The notes under the pieces were generated by a model. It was not told the DNA's origin. It ran no database searches and saw only the letters and a program-made list of their open reading frames with translations. From positions 1 through 34,031 of the IMG/VR virus record IMGVR_UViG_3300006879_000011: a stretch of DNA of 34,031 nt; one strand, written 5' to 3'. Below, in pieces: positions 1 through 11,801 of the stretch (within the stretch, counting starts at the first letter, position 1; every line of letters starts with the position of its first letter). Position numbers and translations under genes: made by a program. The DNA is from a virus. Taxonomy: Duplodnaviria; Caudoviricetes.

Positions 1-85
1 ATGTGCTAGCTCCTATGACGCCAACTGCTGATTGCGCCATAGTTTTTAAAACTTTGATTCCCAATTTTTCAAAATAATTTTTCAT
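1..85 (-). CDS. Holin, r1t-like family (5' part only, runs off window)
   Basis: ATG at 85 overlaps the upstream stop (ATGA), with RBS GAGGT. Translation MKNYFEKLGIKVLKTMAQSAVGVIGAST has the KT(M)AQxAVG motif of r1t-type holins; lysis-module position. Confidence 0.75.
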   Translation of the reverse strand, partial: MKNYFEKLGIKVLKTMAQSAVGVIGAST

Positions 86-306
86 TTCTCAACCTCGCTT
101 TCCAGACGTGCGAGGCGTTCATCAATATACTTACTGTGTTCTTCCAATTTAAAAGTTCGTTCGATTACATTATTGTGCTTATCGACACGATTTTTCAACT
201 CATTGATTTGATAGTTGGTCAGCTTAGTACTCGTGACAATACCGCCAAACGTGCCGACCAGGCTAGCAATCAACGAAAATATCCCTGTCAAAAATTCACC
301 CTGCAT
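82..306 (-). CDS. Small membrane protein, holin/antiholin-like (N-terminal TM plus coiled coil)
   Basis: Hydrophobic N-terminus (FLTGIFSLIASLVGTFGGIV) then YQINELKNRVDKHNNVIER; directly before the holin. Start is ATG 306 or GTG 315. Confidence 0.65.
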   Translation of the reverse strand: MQGEFLTGIFSLIASLVGTFGGIVTSTKLTNYQINELKNRVDKHNNVIERTFKLEEHSKYIDERLARLESEVEK

Positions 307-329
307 AATCCCCACTCGCTTCCTAAGCT

Positions 330-470
330 TTATCCAGCTGGTTCTTCGTCTTGCAATCCTGCATGAGACAAATCAAGCAAATCTTGCACCTGCTTACGGA
401 AACGTTTTGGAACTTGCTCAATAGTGATCCAGCCTAGTTCAATTTGCATTGCAAAATAGTTAATCATCAT
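330..470 (-). CDS. Small conserved phage protein (CD1375/XkdX-like)
   Basis: GGAGG RBS before ATG 470; IELGWITIEQVPKRFRKQV motif typical of small post-tail-fibre genes. Longer start at 527 possible. Confidence 0.6.
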   Translation of the reverse strand: MMINYFAMQIELGWITIEQVPKRFRKQVQDLLDLSHAGLQDEEPAG

Positions 471-495
471 TGTTTTACCTCCTATGATTGTATTT

Positions 496-903
496 TTAAT
501 TTTCTTTAGTAGTTTCATCTGTAGCACCGTCAGTGGCTTCTTCAGGGTACACTACGCCAATCAATTCATTAAGTGTAGCAGTCGTTAGTTGAGCTATTTT
601 TTCAGATTTGTCAATGGCTGCTTGCATTTGGTCGATGGTTTTTTCATATTCAGCAGTTTTTTTGCTAAGTTCATCAACCTTTTGAACCGCTTCTGGCATA
701 GCTTTATCTGCATATTCAGATTTGAAATAAGCATCACGAGCTAATTTGATAAGCTCGTCGTTGGTTTTGCTAGTTTGGTCACCAATAACGCGTTCAGTAA
801 ATGTGCCGTAACTTCCTGACATAGTAGCCAATGTAATTTCTGTGTGTGTGATTTTACCATCGGTATAGATTGGATATTTTCCGACAACGTACCATGCTCT
901 CAT
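496..903 (-). CDS. DUF1366-like tail accessory protein
   Basis: 135 aa ORF with a beta-rich N-terminus and coiled-coil C-terminus; typical position after the RBP in streptococcal phages. Confidence 0.55.
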   Translation of the reverse strand: MRAWYVVGKYPIYTDGKITHTEITLATMSGSYGTFTERVIGDQTSKTNDELIKLARDAYFKSEYADKAMPEAVQKVDELSKKTAEYEKTIDQMQAAIDKSEKIAQLTTATLNELIGVVYPEEATDGATDETTKEN

Positions 904-1070
904 TATTCATCACCCCCTTTCAATTCAGATGCTGTTTCAAGCTGAGATTCCAAATTTGCAATTGTTTCTCGTGCTTGTTCTAGCTCAGCTTCTAAACCTG
1001 CAAGCTGAAGTGTTTTGTTTGCAATTTCTAACGCTAGTTTTTGTTGAATTAATTCTTGAGTTTTATTCAT
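903..1070 (-). CDS. 55-aa coiled-coil protein (possible tail fibre chaperone); not in ORF track
   Basis: RBS GAGG, MNKTQELIQQKLALEIANKTLQLAGLEAELEQARETIANLESQLETASELKGGDE; stop overlaps next ATG (TAATG). Confidence 0.75.
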   Translation of the reverse strand: MNKTQELIQQKLALEIANKTLQLAGLEAELEQARETIANLESQLETASELKGGDE

Positions 1071-1100
1071 TTTTATCTTCCTCTTTTTTATTTTCCTTCA

Positions 1101-4100
1101 CTAAAGCCACATAACACCAGCTTTTTTGCATAGCCTTTCCAGGATAACTAAGAGTGTTTCCGTATGACCTCTAAGTCCTATGTCTTGAGCTAGGAATCCA
1201 CCGTGTACCTGAGCAAAAGGAATATCTCCCCAATCTCGAAAATTAAAATTACTCATATAAGAACTTTTTCCATACACAGTGAATAACCTTGTATATTGAG
1301 AATCGTATAAACTAAGAGCGTCAGCGTGCATGTTAGCTTCGGCTGTGGGTTTGTCACTTAACGTGTTATAAAGAGTGAATTCTATCCCAGCACGTCTACT
1401 GTTATCACTTTTTCTAACGTTAAAAGCGGAAATCAGATAATCTCGGGAGTTACTGTTCGTACCCAACCAAGTTGTAATTTCAAAAATTTTGTCACCCGCG
1501 ACACGTTGTATATATCCGTAGTTATTATTAAAAGTTAGCGTTCCTGCGTTTAGGTCGAATACAGTCGCTCCGTTTGTACTCCTTAGTTGTCCCCCAGTAA
1601 TCATATTCGCTGTGATAGCATTAGCAGCAATCTTACTAGCATCAATTGCCCCTGCCGCAATCTTACTAGTGGTAATCGCTCCAGCAGCAATGTTTGCAGC
1701 ACTAATGCCACCAGCCTTGATTTGGTTACTTGTAATCGTACCGCTTGCAATCTGACTAGCTGTAATGCTACCAGCCTTGATTTTTGCAGCGTCTAAAGTG
1801 CCAGCTGTAATACGGTCACCATTGATGCTGTTTGCGCTCATTTTATCAGTGGTGACTGCACCAGCTTTAATAGCGTCAGCTGTCACGGCATTACTTGAGA
1901 TGACATCAGCGGTAATGATTTTACCGTTTAGATGCGCTGTGTTGATTTGTTTGCTGGCGATCTTATCACTAGTAATCGCTCCGCTAACAATCATGTTGCC
2001 TTTGACATTGATTTTGTCAGAGAACAGGTTGATAGCGTTTTGATTAACGCTGAAATAAGAGCCGACCGCGTTAGCAAAATCACTGGTTGACTTGCCAGCC
2101 TTAATTACCACACCGTCTGTGTTAATGGTCAGACTAGAACTTTTGACTGTGTTATTATCAAGACTTTGTACACTTGCCTTGATTGAATCTGTTGTTTGTT
2201 TAAACTCAGATTGTGCAGTCTTTAAGTCTTTACTGCTAGCCAATTCAGCTAACGAAGGACTCCAACCAGAATTTGATTTGCCTTTCTTAACCGAAACATC
2301 ACCGAAATACAAGTCAGCTGAAGTACCTGCGTGCCTTGTACCGTTGTTGTCGAAACGAATATAACCCTCATCATAGTTACCAGTATTGAAAGTTACTGAA
2401 ACATCTTCTGCTCTTGAAACTGATAATTTGCGATCAGTAACTAACCGTTGTGATGAGTCCCAATCATTCTTACTTCCATTAACACGTTTCAAAAACCAGA
2501 CGTCCATATTAGTAACGCTACCATTATTAAAACCTTTAAAATACAAAGTATAATCGGTATTACGTTCAACTTTAAAGCGATTCATACGAAATATTTTCTC
2601 ACTGGTAGCCGTATTTCTAATAATATACATTTTAAAAGAGCCATTGTAATAAAATTCATGTGTTGTGTATTCCACATTACGATATGGACTGTAACCATCA
2701 GCTGGTCTGCCGTACGCAACAAGGTTTATTTCACCGCTTGGCAATTTCCCTTCGACGCTCGTAATCTTGCTGCTCAATTCGTTAGCTTTAGCTATGATAT
2801 TGTTTTCAGCAGTTGTCACACGACCGCTTAGTGTGTTGAAATCAGATTGTGATACTTTAGCAGAAAGCCCAGTATTAAGTGCTGAAATTTGAGTTGTATG
2901 CGTACTGATTGTTTGTGCGTTGCTGTTAGCTTTATTGGTAGCTGTGGTAATGCCACTTTGCAACTCAGCTTTAGCACTGTTAACCTCTGTTTTCGTTGCA
3001 AGCAGCGTCATGCCGTCTGCGGTTTGTTTGATTTCACTAGATAGCGAGCTGATTTGTTCGGCTGTGTCTTCTGGCGCTGGTGACCAATCGCTTGGCAAAG
3101 TACCAGTAGTTAATTTTGGCTTGTAAAACGCTAAATATGTTCCGCTATTACGAAAATCTAAAACTGTATGTAAGCTGAACCAGTCAAACGCACGAAGAGC
3201 AATGTCCTCTAATTGCCACGTACATGTTGACCAAAAGCGATAAGTCGTTTCGCTAAGCTTCTCGAAGTAACCTCGCTTCTGATTGTGGCCTTGACTAGTG
3301 AACCAAGAGTTATTAGGCTGTCCGTTCGGGTTAAACGTTGCGTCTGTATCAATCAAAATAGACTGCGTGTAAGTCATGCCCTTAGTTGGCTTAAAATTAT
3401 AAAACTGGCCTTGTGGAAGGATTTCCCTTGCTTTGGCTGTATCAGTGTTTGGGTCTGTTAAATCAAGATAAGCCCACTTCTTATCATCATCCCAAGTTGT
3501 GTTAGTAATGCCATAGCCCATAGTGAATGGTTTATCGGTGTTCTTGATTAAGTTAACAGTATCTACACTTTTCGGAATCTTCCCTTCAACTGCTGAAATA
3601 CTGCTTTTAATCTGGCTAGCTGTTTGGTCGAACTCTGACTTGTTCTGCTTAACCGTACCATCTAAAGTTTGCAAATTAGATTGTAAGCTTGCGTAGTTTT
3701 GGTCGGCGGTTTGCTTGTATTCAGCAACCTTTTGCTCGATGTCGGCATCGGGTGTTTGATAATCAACAGGTATATTTGACTTAGCGACCATAACCTCTTT
3801 GATTTCAACAGTGATTGGTTCGGTATTGTTGACAATACCAAAATTAGAATTACATTCTGTAATTGGCACGTTGTTTTTAGCAGTATAGCTAAACCAGACC
3901 CTCGTCCAAACATTTGCTGGAATGCTTTTGTTGGATGGAAAATGCGTTCGCTTACTTGTATCGTCATTATCATTTGACGTTGTACCAGACAGAACATTGT
4001 TAACGTCGTAGTTAAAAGAACATGCCTTGTTTGCCTTTATCATCAAGCCAAAGAATAGCGTTTCGCCACCATTTAAAAGAATGTCAAGACCACTTGTATT

Positions 4101-6143
4101 GAACGCGATACCATTACCAAAAGCTGTTGAACTTGCTGGTGCTGTCATTGTCCAACTATTAGATGTATTACTGTAATTGAAATTACTACAACCACGATTG
4201 ACCACTCTTGAAGTAGGTAGATAGTTTTTATTACCAACCGACAAACTATTAAACTTCGCACTTAACCCATCCAAGCCAGTTTCTAAAGTAGCTGTTTTTT
4301 TACTGGTACTGTCGGCTGTCGTCTTAACTTGAGATAGCGTTGTTTTAGTGCTAGTTAAGTCATCTTCAACTACTTTAGTTCGTGCAGTAACGCTAGTAAT
4401 ATTCTTCGTATTACTATCTACCGTTTTGCTTAACTCGCTAACAGTCGTCTTCGTACCGTTAGCGGTCGTTTCAACAGTTGTCACACGTTTAGTCAATTCC
4501 GTTTGGGCATTGGCTTGCGTCTGCAATTGTTGGGCGTGGCTCACCAAGTCTTGCTTAGCAGTGTTCAACTCGTTAGTTACATTGGTCAAGTCTTGCTTAG
4601 CTGCATCAACTGCTGCTTGGGCATTGTTTGCGACAAGACTTGTTTCAGTTAAGTTGTTCTTAACGTTCACCAAGTCCGCCTTGATTTCGCCCGCTGCCGC
4701 ATTGGCTAGCTCTGCCACTTTAGCTGTTTCTTGGTTGATCGTGTCAGCATACTCTTTGGCATTGCTTTCTGCTTGCGTTTTGGCTGTTTCAATCTGCGTT
4801 TCAATCTCCGCTTTTGAATTAGCCAATTCCTCAGAAATTTTGTTTTCAAATTCCTCGCGGTTTGGTACGTCTTTTAGTTCCTCAGCTATTTGTTCCTTGA
4901 ACGCTTCTACGTCATCAAGAACTGGATTGATTACCCAATCTGCACCGTTCCAGTAATACTGCTTGACTTTATCACCAACTGTTAAAAAGAGCAGATCTCC
5001 TTTTTTTAGCGTGCCTTTTGGGTTATCCACTGGAAAAGTATCGCCGTAATAGTTAGTGTTTTTACCGTCTGCAGAAACAAGCGCTTTGTTGGCAAATTCA
5101 TAAGCCGTATTGGCATTTGCCTCAGCATTTGCTGCTTGGTGTTGGGTATGCGTGTAGCTAGCTGATAGCTTTTTAACTGAACCAATATCGTTGCAGGTCA
5201 CTGTGTGCTTGATAAGTTTCCCAGTCACATCATATTCACTCGTAAACGAAACAATTCGGATTTTTTCTTTAAACCCAAGCGTTTCGTTGATTGCCATGAT
5301 GTAATCACCCGCAACAGGTTGTGTATAGCGATAACCTGCCCGTGTTAAATCTTCCATATCTAAACTAACTGAGATAGTGTAAGAATTATCCACGGTATTT
5401 TTTAAGGCATTTAACAAGCTTTCCGATTGCTTGTAGCGTTCATCTACGAGCGGGTCTGCTTCTAATTTCCCATAAACGCTTGCCAAAGGACTAGTGTATT
5501 CAACCTCCAGCCGCCCCTTGGAGTGGTCTTCTTCATCAAAATAAGCACCAAAACCTTTTTGGTAAGTGACAAAATCACCGATATTCTTTTCAATTCCAAG
5601 CTCGTTTAGGTTGAAATTTTTACGGACAACCGTTGATAAATCAGTACCGACCTTGGCTAGTATCCGCACCACTTTTCCGTTGACTTGAAATTCAACACCT
5701 GATGAGGTGATAATATCGTTGAACAAGCTCAATCGGTTTTTGTAGCCAAATGATTGTTTCTCAAACGCTTTAACCATCAAAGAAGTCTCGATGTCATACT
5801 TATATCCGCTGCCGTTGAAGATAAAATCAAGATAAGCTCTAAACGTATGAGAACCATCGTTCAGCTGGTCATAGACTGATGATTTTCCAAAATCCCAAAA
5901 GAACTGATGAACAGCGTCAAAAGACACTTGTACATTTTTTCCTTCGTCAACTGGTTTAGCAAAAGTCACGACATAGTATTCATCTTCAAAACGCAAGCGC
6001 CAACCACGTTCGATGCGGGAAAGTACAACATCCCCTGAAATGATTTCACCAGTTATTGACCGTTCGCCATTCACTGCATTGGTTGCTTTGATAGTCGCCA
6101 AAGCGCCATATTCCACATCGTTTTCATCTAAAAATATAATCAA
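1101..6143 (-). CDS. Tal/receptor-binding (host specificity) protein: prophage tail domain, coiled coils, three putative carbohydrate-binding modules, ITAxKIxAGA-type repeats
   Basis: 1680 aa after Dit. N-terminal Tal-like domain; modules bounded by NL/NY...(D/G)(W/Y)xPxxE/D; 10-aa repeats near the C-terminus. Confidence 0.9.
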   Translation of the reverse strand: MIIFLDENDVEYGALATIKATNAVNGERSITGEIISGDVVLSRIERGWRLRFEDEYYVVTFAKPVDEGKNVQVSFDAVHQFFWDFGKSSVYDQLNDGSHTFRAYLDFIFNGSGYKYDIETSLMVKAFEKQSFGYKNRLSLFNDIITSSGVEFQVNGKVVRILAKVGTDLSTVVRKNFNLNELGIEKNIGDFVTYQKGFGAYFDEEDHSKGRLEVEYTSPLASVYGKLEADPLVDERYKQSESLLNALKNTVDNSYTISVSLDMEDLTRAGYRYTQPVAGDYIMAINETLGFKEKIRIVSFTSEYDVTGKLIKHTVTCNDIGSVKKLSASYTHTQHQAANAEANANTAYEFANKALVSADGKNTNYYGDTFPVDNPKGTLKKGDLLFLTVGDKVKQYYWNGADWVINPVLDDVEAFKEQIAEELKDVPNREEFENKISEELANSKAEIETQIETAKTQAESNAKEYADTINQETAKVAELANAAAGEIKADLVNVKNNLTETSLVANNAQAAVDAAKQDLTNVTNELNTAKQDLVSHAQQLQTQANAQTELTKRVTTVETTANGTKTTVSELSKTVDSNTKNITSVTARTKVVEDDLTSTKTTLSQVKTTADSTSKKTATLETGLDGLSAKFNSLSVGNKNYLPTSRVVNRGCSNFNYSNTSNSWTMTAPASSTAFGNGIAFNTSGLDILLNGGETLFFGLMIKANKACSFNYDVNNVLSGTTSNDNDDTSKRTHFPSNKSIPANVWTRVWFSYTAKNNVPITECNSNFGIVNNTEPITVEIKEVMVAKSNIPVDYQTPDADIEQKVAEYKQTADQNYASLQSNLQTLDGTVKQNKSEFDQTASQIKSSISAVEGKIPKSVDTVNLIKNTDKPFTMGYGITNTTWDDDKKWAYLDLTDPNTDTAKAREILPQGQFYNFKPTKGMTYTQSILIDTDATFNPNGQPNNSWFTSQGHNQKRGYFEKLSETTYRFWSTCTWQLEDIALRAFDWFSLHTVLDFRNSGTYLAFYKPKLTTGTLPSDWSPAPEDTAEQISSLSSEIKQTADGMTLLATKTEVNSAKAELQSGITTATNKANSNAQTISTHTTQISALNTGLSAKVSQSDFNTLSGRVTTAENNIIAKANELSSKITSVEGKLPSGEINLVAYGRPADGYSPYRNVEYTTHEFYYNGSFKMYIIRNTATSEKIFRMNRFKVERNTDYTLYFKGFNNGSVTNMDVWFLKRVNGSKNDWDSSQRLVTDRKLSVSRAEDVSVTFNTGNYDEGYIRFDNNGTRHAGTSADLYFGDVSVKKGKSNSGWSPSLAELASSKDLKTAQSEFKQTTDSIKASVQSLDNNTVKSSSLTINTDGVVIKAGKSTSDFANAVGSYFSVNQNAINLFSDKINVKGNMIVSGAITSDKIASKQINTAHLNGKIITADVISSNAVTADAIKAGAVTTDKMSANSINGDRITAGTLDAAKIKAGSITASQIASGTITSNQIKAGGISAANIAAGAITTSKIAAGAIDASKIAANAITANMITGGQLRSTNGATVFDLNAGTLTFNNNYGYIQRVAGDKIFEITTWLGTNSNSRDYLISAFNVRKSDNSRRAGIEFTLYNTLSDKPTAEANMHADALSLYDSQYTRLFTVYGKSSYMSNFNFRDWGDIPFAQVHGGFLAQDIGLRGHTETLLVILERLCKKAGVMWL

Positions 6144-6155
6144 TCTATCACCTCC

Positions 6156-6995
6156 CTACTTGTATAATTCCATAAAGTTCAAAATTTTAATAGTACCCAA
6201 AAAATCAGTTTTATAACTAACTGTATTTGTGGCGTTTGGTTTAATCACAAAATAAGCGTAATTAGTTTTTGCGTTAACGTTAACTAAATCTTTTCTTGTT
6301 TCAATTCCTGAGATTTTAAAAACTTCTCCTGAATTGATATTTCCCGACTGCGAATAGGTAAAGCGCGTGCCGTCAATTTCTAGATAAAAACTAGACTGAC
6401 CACCAGACGATGTCAACTCCACGACATAAGGCACTTCTAACTGCGATAGATTAGCAGTGCCGCGATATTGGAAATTCCCGCCGCTTAATGTGATATTTTT
6501 AGGTTTTGTTTCTCCAAACGGCATCTCAGCAGTAGTGAACGTAACTGAAAAATCATATTTCAATCCCTGCCCTGAATTGCCGACAAATTCAAAAGCTGGA
6601 CTACTGCTTGTGACTTTCCAGCGGTAATGCCATGCCGTGTGCGGTTGCCCAGCGATATTTAATTCTCCAGTAGTTTGCCCCGGTGTTTGGAAGTTGTAAA
6701 AATCAGCGTTATCAGGGTACATCTTAGTGATATAAAACGGCTCATCACTTAATAACAAGCCAGTCACATCATCTTGTTTTGCAAAAAAATCTTGGATAGT
6801 CGCAACAGATACACGCCCCGTCACTTTAATCTGTTTAGTGGTAAAAGTAGCACCTCCAAACACCATCCCGTTTCTTCCCGTCACGGAACGGTGGTCCAGT
6901 GAGATTTCAGGAGCGCTTTCTTCAATAGCAATATTATAAAAGCCATACTCAGAAAGTTTGACTGATGTCGTACCTTTTTCAATCAATAAGTCCAT
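6156..6995 (-). CDS. Distal tail protein (Dit, Sipho_tail)
   Basis: 279 aa between TMP and Tal; VTGRNG and ELYK-end motifs. Confidence 0.85.
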   Translation of the reverse strand: MDLLIEKGTTSVKLSEYGFYNIAIEESAPEISLDHRSVTGRNGMVFGGATFTTKQIKVTGRVSVATIQDFFAKQDDVTGLLLSDEPFYITKMYPDNADFYNFQTPGQTTGELNIAGQPHTAWHYRWKVTSSSPAFEFVGNSGQGLKYDFSVTFTTAEMPFGETKPKNITLSGGNFQYRGTANLSQLEVPYVVELTSSGGQSSFYLEIDGTRFTYSQSGNINSGEVFKISGIETRKDLVNVNAKTNYAYFVIKPNATNTVSYKTDFLGTIKILNFMELYK

Positions 6996-7010
6996 TTTTT
7001 CGCCCCCTTC

Positions 7011-10000
7011 CTAGTAATTAAAAAAGTCATTTTTAGCGTGTTCACGAGCTTCTCTTTCTTTGACAGTCGTATAAATCTTGTCACCAACCATTTCATTGTG
7101 CACCTCGAAGACTGGTTCTGACAAGCTAGTATTTTTCACTTCGTCTGATAAGCTATCAAGCGAACTTGAAATACCTGAGGTGCTAACACTTCCAGCAATT
7201 GTCATAGAGCTGCTAACGCCCCATTTTTGGTCAGTAACTGCTAAAGCATATTCTTTGCTGATGTCGTTGATTTTACCTATCCAGCCAGACATACCAATAG
7301 CGAATCCTTCACCAGTATATCCACCGAGCGATTTCATCACACGAGATGGTGAGTGGATGTTTAATGCTCTACGAATTGTTGCTTGTACTCGGGCAGCAAT
7401 GCCATTTGCTACTGCATAAATTGAACCTGCTGAACTAGAAAGACCACTAGCAAAGCCAGCGCCTGCATAATAACCAGCTGAGCGCATACCACCGCTTGTG
7501 CTCTTCATAATAGAGACCATACGATTACCAGCGCTGCTTGCTACTGAAACTGCGCCATTCATGCCACTTTGAACTGCTGAACGAACCCCATTCATGCCAC
7601 TTTGCGCTGCGCTTTTAGCTTTGTTGAATGAGTTTTTAAGCGTTGAGCCCATCTTACTTCCGGCAGATTGAACAGTACTGTTAATTTTATTCATTCCGCT
7701 GCTTACTGTCGAAGCCAAGCTATTCATAGCTGATGATGCAGATGACTTAGCCTTATTAAAGTTATTAGTGATGCTTGACGCCATTTTTGAAGATGCTGAG
7801 TTAGCAGATGAAGCTGCTGAATTAAGCTCAGATGTCACGTTGCTTGATAATCCGCTTGCTGAGCCGCTCGCATTTGCTTGCATTGCGTTAAAGTTTGAGC
7901 TGACACCACTATTCGCTGCTTGCGCTGCACTTGTAGCGTTTGCTTGCGCATTTTGCATATTGCTAGATACTCCAGCAGATAAGCTAAGCGCTTGGTTAAC
8001 AGCACCAAGATTCATACTAGATGTTGCAGCATTAACACCATTAGCCATGTTCTGTGCGTTGGCTGTGGCATTGGCGCTTGCTTGTGCTGTATTAGTATTG
8101 ATACCATTAGCCATATCAATGGAATCATTAAGGGCTTGAACGCTCATGATACCAGTCTGTGCATTAACATTCGAAGCCATTTGAGTTGCGTTGTTAGTTG
8201 CGTTCAAATTGGCGAGACCAGTATTCTGACTAATACTATTTAGCGTTGCCATTGTATCAGCACTAGTTTGTGCGCTCATTTGACTAGTTTGTGTGCCTAC
8301 CGCTGTAGTCATTTGAGCTGCATCGCTGCTAACTTTTGCAGTCGTTTCAGAACTCTTGCCAGTAATTGTATCCCATAGCGAACTAAATCCGTTCTTAATA
8401 CCGTCCCAAACACCCTTCAAAGCGTTAGGAATAGCCTCAAGCATTGCCTGACCAAGCCCAACAATCAATTGGATACCAGCAGCAAGAATTTGTGGGATGT
8501 TTTGGATAATTGTAATAGCCAACTGTCCGACAAGTTGAATACCTGCTGCAATGATTTGCGGTAAGTTTTGTGCAATTCCTTGAATAAACGATTGAATAAT
8601 TTGTACTGCTGATTGAACAATATTAGGTAAGTTCTGAAGAATACCCTGTACCAACATTACAATGATTTGAATACCGCCTTGCAAAATTTGTGGTAAATAA
8701 CTAGATAACCCTGTGATAAATCCAGTAATAACCTGCGTCGCAATCTGTATTATCGTTGGCAAATTTTGGATAATTCCTTGGACTAAGTTAGTGATAATCT
8801 CAACACCTTTAGAGATAATGTTTGGCATGTTAGCAGACAAACTTTGACCAAAATTATTAACAATTTGTTGAGCATATTGCAAAAGTAAAGGTAAATTTTG
8901 AACTAAACCATTTACGACATTTGCAATGAAGTCCATACCAACAGACAAGAGCTGCGGTAGTGCGCTAGCTATTGAGCTAATAAACGTGCCGACAATTTGA
9001 ATAGCTGACGATATTAAACTATCAGCGTTTGCACCCACCCCTTGAACAAGGCTTGAAATTAAATCAACACCAGCCTGCACAATCACTGGAAACATAACGG
9101 TGAATGCATTAGCAAACTTAGCGATTAAATCCGCACCACTAGCAATTAACGCTGGAATTTGACTAGTAATACCAGCAACTAAATTTTGAATGATTTGTGG
9201 CCCTTTAGTTGTCACCGTAGCTAGTAACTGGTCAATCTGTGCGCCAAATTGGTTATTGATTAAACCAACACCCGCAACGACCAAGCCAAGAATGGCTGCG
9301 GGTCCGATAACGGCTAATGCCATGCTAGCAACTGAAGTAATACCATTTGCCATAGTGGACATTGCAGATACCCCCTCGCCAGCTGCTTTGCGAAATCCCT
9401 CAGCAGTTGCATTTCCATCATCATCTAGTTTTAACAATCCAGCAGAGATATTCTCAAAAACATTGCCCATAACAGAACCGGAAGTTTGAGCTTCAACAGC
9501 AAGTTTTCCCATTGTAGTTCCTAAACTTCCTAAATATTTCAACGCAGGACCAAAGGCGAATGCACCAACTAACCCTGAAATGGCAGGTGTTAGATTACTT
9601 ACGGCATCTTGTACTTTAGACATTTGGTCAGCTGTTAACTTAGTACCATTCAAAACATGGTCAAGAGCAGGCTCTAAAGCTGTTAGTGAATCTAAGAACT
9701 TTTGCAATCCAGCTGATTCACTAAATTTGCTAACTAACTTATCTAACCACTGAACTAATTTTGTCAGAATTGGTAAAAACGCTGTCCCAATTTTAATTTG
9801 TAATGTTTCAAATGAACCACTAAGATATTCAACAGCACCTTTTAAGTTATTAAGTTTTTCTTTAGCAACATCCGCTGCAGTTACCTTACTAATTGCAGCT
9901 TGCATAGCATCTGCACCAGCAGCACCCTCTTTCATAGCAATGTTAGCAGCACGAATGGCGTCAGTACCAAACATTGTCTTAAGGGCGTTCTGTTGTTGCT

Positions 10001-11429
10001 CAGCAGTCAAACCTTTCAAGCTATCTTGTAAGATTTGTGAGATTTCACCAAATGACTTAAGCTTACCTTCTGCTGTATAGAATTTATTAGCTCCATCGGC
10101 AGTAATAATGCCCAATTGTTGCATTTGAGCTGTCGCAGCTTTAGTTTGCGGAGACAAGTTCAAAAGCATTGTTTTGAGAGATGTACCAGCATCAGAACCT
10201 TTTAAACCGTTTTGGGCAAAGACTGCAAGAGCGTTAGTTGTGTCATTAAATGACATACCAACACCAGACGCAACCGCTGCAACGGCAGAAAGTCCGTATT
10301 TTAACTCGTGAACATCTGTTGCTGAAGCATTCGCTGCACCCGCTAACTGGTTAGCTGCATCGGTAACACTTAAATTATCAGATTTGAAGGCGTTAAGCGC
10401 TGTTGAAGCCACTTCCGCTGCTTCCGTCAAACTAAGCTCACCAGCAGTGGCTAAGTTAAGAGCACCAGTCAAACCACCATTTAAAATAGCCGATGTATCA
10501 ACTCCTGCTTTACTCAGTTCAGCAATGGCATCCGCTGCCTCACTAGCTGAGAATGCAGTATCCGCACCAGCTTTTTGAGCAGCAGCATTAAATTGCTTCA
10601 TTGTTTCAGAACTAGCACCAGTAAGAGCCTTTATATTGCTCATTTTTTCTTCAAATTCTGCTGCTTTTGAAATTGAACCACCAACTGCAGCCTTAAACCC
10701 TTGGAAAACTGCGAATGCCGCACCGAGAGCTGTAACTGTCATAGTAGTTTTAGTAATACTATTTCCCAGCTCTCCCATTTTTGAACTAATACCGTTTAAT
10801 GCAGTAGTGGCCTTACTAGACAAATTTGAAAAGCCAGAGCCAAGCGAACTAGTCATTTTAGTCGCAACACTTGCAGCTTTACTACTTAAGCTAGTAAGAC
10901 TGCTTCCTACTTTCCCAACAAAAGAATTGCTGATTGTATTTGAAGCACTGCTTACTTTTGAACTAATCGTGCTAAACGCTGAGCTAACCTTGCTAGACGC
11001 CGATGTAGCAAAGTTAGAAACTGAGTTAGTTGCTTTTGTAAAAGCATTTTGAATAGGCTGAGGGATTTTATTAGCTAATGAGTTGACACTATTCTGAATA
11101 GATGCCAAAGCTGTATTAAACCCATTTTTTATGGGCTGAGGTATTTTTTCACCAATCGATGAAGCTATACGTTGAATTTCACCAATGGACAAGTTTAAGC
11201 CTGTGCTAAATGCTTTTCCTAAACGGCTACCAAGCGATTCCCCGTTGTTTGCCAACTGCGCCATAATTTGACCCACTCGTTGGACTAAACGATTAGAACT
11301 ATTCACAGCTGCATCTTGTGCTTTCTCAAAAGCACGCTGTGTTGCAGTTGTAATCTTATTCATTGCCGCTTGATAATCAGCAATATCAGCGCCGACATAT
11401 GCATAAATTGAACCATCAAATTCTGCCAT
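7011..11429 (-). CDS. Tail tape measure protein (TP901 family)
   Basis: 1472 aa, Ala/Ser-rich; core with GLKGSDAGTSLKTML; amphipathic periodic repeats; C-terminal IHSPSRVM motif. Confidence 0.95.
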   Translation of the reverse strand: MAEFDGSIYAYVGADIADYQAAMNKITTATQRAFEKAQDAAVNSSNRLVQRVGQIMAQLANNGESLGSRLGKAFSTGLNLSIGEIQRIASSIGEKIPQPIKNGFNTALASIQNSVNSLANKIPQPIQNAFTKATNSVSNFATSASSKVSSAFSTISSKVSSASNTISNSFVGKVGSSLTSLSSKAASVATKMTSSLGSGFSNLSSKATTALNGISSKMGELGNSITKTTMTVTALGAAFAVFQGFKAAVGGSISKAAEFEEKMSNIKALTGASSETMKQFNAAAQKAGADTAFSASEAADAIAELSKAGVDTSAILNGGLTGALNLATAGELSLTEAAEVASTALNAFKSDNLSVTDAANQLAGAANASATDVHELKYGLSAVAAVASGVGMSFNDTTNALAVFAQNGLKGSDAGTSLKTMLLNLSPQTKAATAQMQQLGIITADGANKFYTAEGKLKSFGEISQILQDSLKGLTAEQQQNALKTMFGTDAIRAANIAMKEGAAGADAMQAAISKVTAADVAKEKLNNLKGAVEYLSGSFETLQIKIGTAFLPILTKLVQWLDKLVSKFSESAGLQKFLDSLTALEPALDHVLNGTKLTADQMSKVQDAVSNLTPAISGLVGAFAFGPALKYLGSLGTTMGKLAVEAQTSGSVMGNVFENISAGLLKLDDDGNATAEGFRKAAGEGVSAMSTMANGITSVASMALAVIGPAAILGLVVAGVGLINNQFGAQIDQLLATVTTKGPQIIQNLVAGITSQIPALIASGADLIAKFANAFTVMFPVIVQAGVDLISSLVQGVGANADSLISSAIQIVGTFISSIASALPQLLSVGMDFIANVVNGLVQNLPLLLQYAQQIVNNFGQSLSANMPNIISKGVEIITNLVQGIIQNLPTIIQIATQVITGFITGLSSYLPQILQGGIQIIVMLVQGILQNLPNIVQSAVQIIQSFIQGIAQNLPQIIAAGIQLVGQLAITIIQNIPQILAAGIQLIVGLGQAMLEAIPNALKGVWDGIKNGFSSLWDTITGKSSETTAKVSSDAAQMTTAVGTQTSQMSAQTSADTMATLNSISQNTGLANLNATNNATQMASNVNAQTGIMSVQALNDSIDMANGINTNTAQASANATANAQNMANGVNAATSSMNLGAVNQALSLSAGVSSNMQNAQANATSAAQAANSGVSSNFNAMQANASGSASGLSSNVTSELNSAASSANSASSKMASSITNNFNKAKSSASSAMNSLASTVSSGMNKINSTVQSAGSKMGSTLKNSFNKAKSAAQSGMNGVRSAVQSGMNGAVSVASSAGNRMVSIMKSTSGGMRSAGYYAGAGFASGLSSSAGSIYAVANGIAARVQATIRRALNIHSPSRVMKSLGGYTGEGFAIGMSGWIGKINDISKEYALAVTDQKWGVSSSMTIAGSVSTSGISSSLDSLSDEVKNTSLSEPVFEVHNEMVGDKIYTTVKEREAREHAKNDFFNY

Positions 11430-11457
11430 ATAACCCCCTCCTTTCTGTCTTTTTGTG

Positions 11458-11801
11458 TTATCTGTTCATGAAATAGTCATTGACCTTCTGCAGACGCTCA
11501 GCAAGACTAGTGTTAGTTGTTTGCTTATTGTCTTTTGCATGAAAGGCTTGCTTGACTTTATTTCTGTCTTTTTTCTTGCTAAGCTTATTGGCACTAGCAC
11601 GCTTAGCGTTCATAGTGTAACGCATTTCCATAGCAAGCTCTGAAAGATTTTCACGAAAATCAATTTGCCTGTAATGAAGACCCTCTAAAATTGCGTCAAG
11701 CTCCCACTTGTTGCAAGAGTAGATTGTTTCTAAGTCTGTTAAGCCAAGACGTGCACACTCCGTTAAGATAGTGCGCTTTTCATCTTGCCAATAAGTTTTT
11801 C
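11458..11801 (-). CDS. Tail assembly chaperone extension (gpT-like), likely reached by -1 programmed frameshift
   Basis: The -1 frame relative to 11763..12227 is open from A GAA AAA C (11802-11795) to TAA at 11458 (KTYWQDEKRTILTECARLGL...LAERLQKVNDYFMNR), with no start at its beginning. Confidence 0.8.

Noticed and set aside
1101-6143. Diversity-generating retroelement targeting the RBP
   Set aside because: No reverse transcriptase and no template/variable repeat pair seen in the window.
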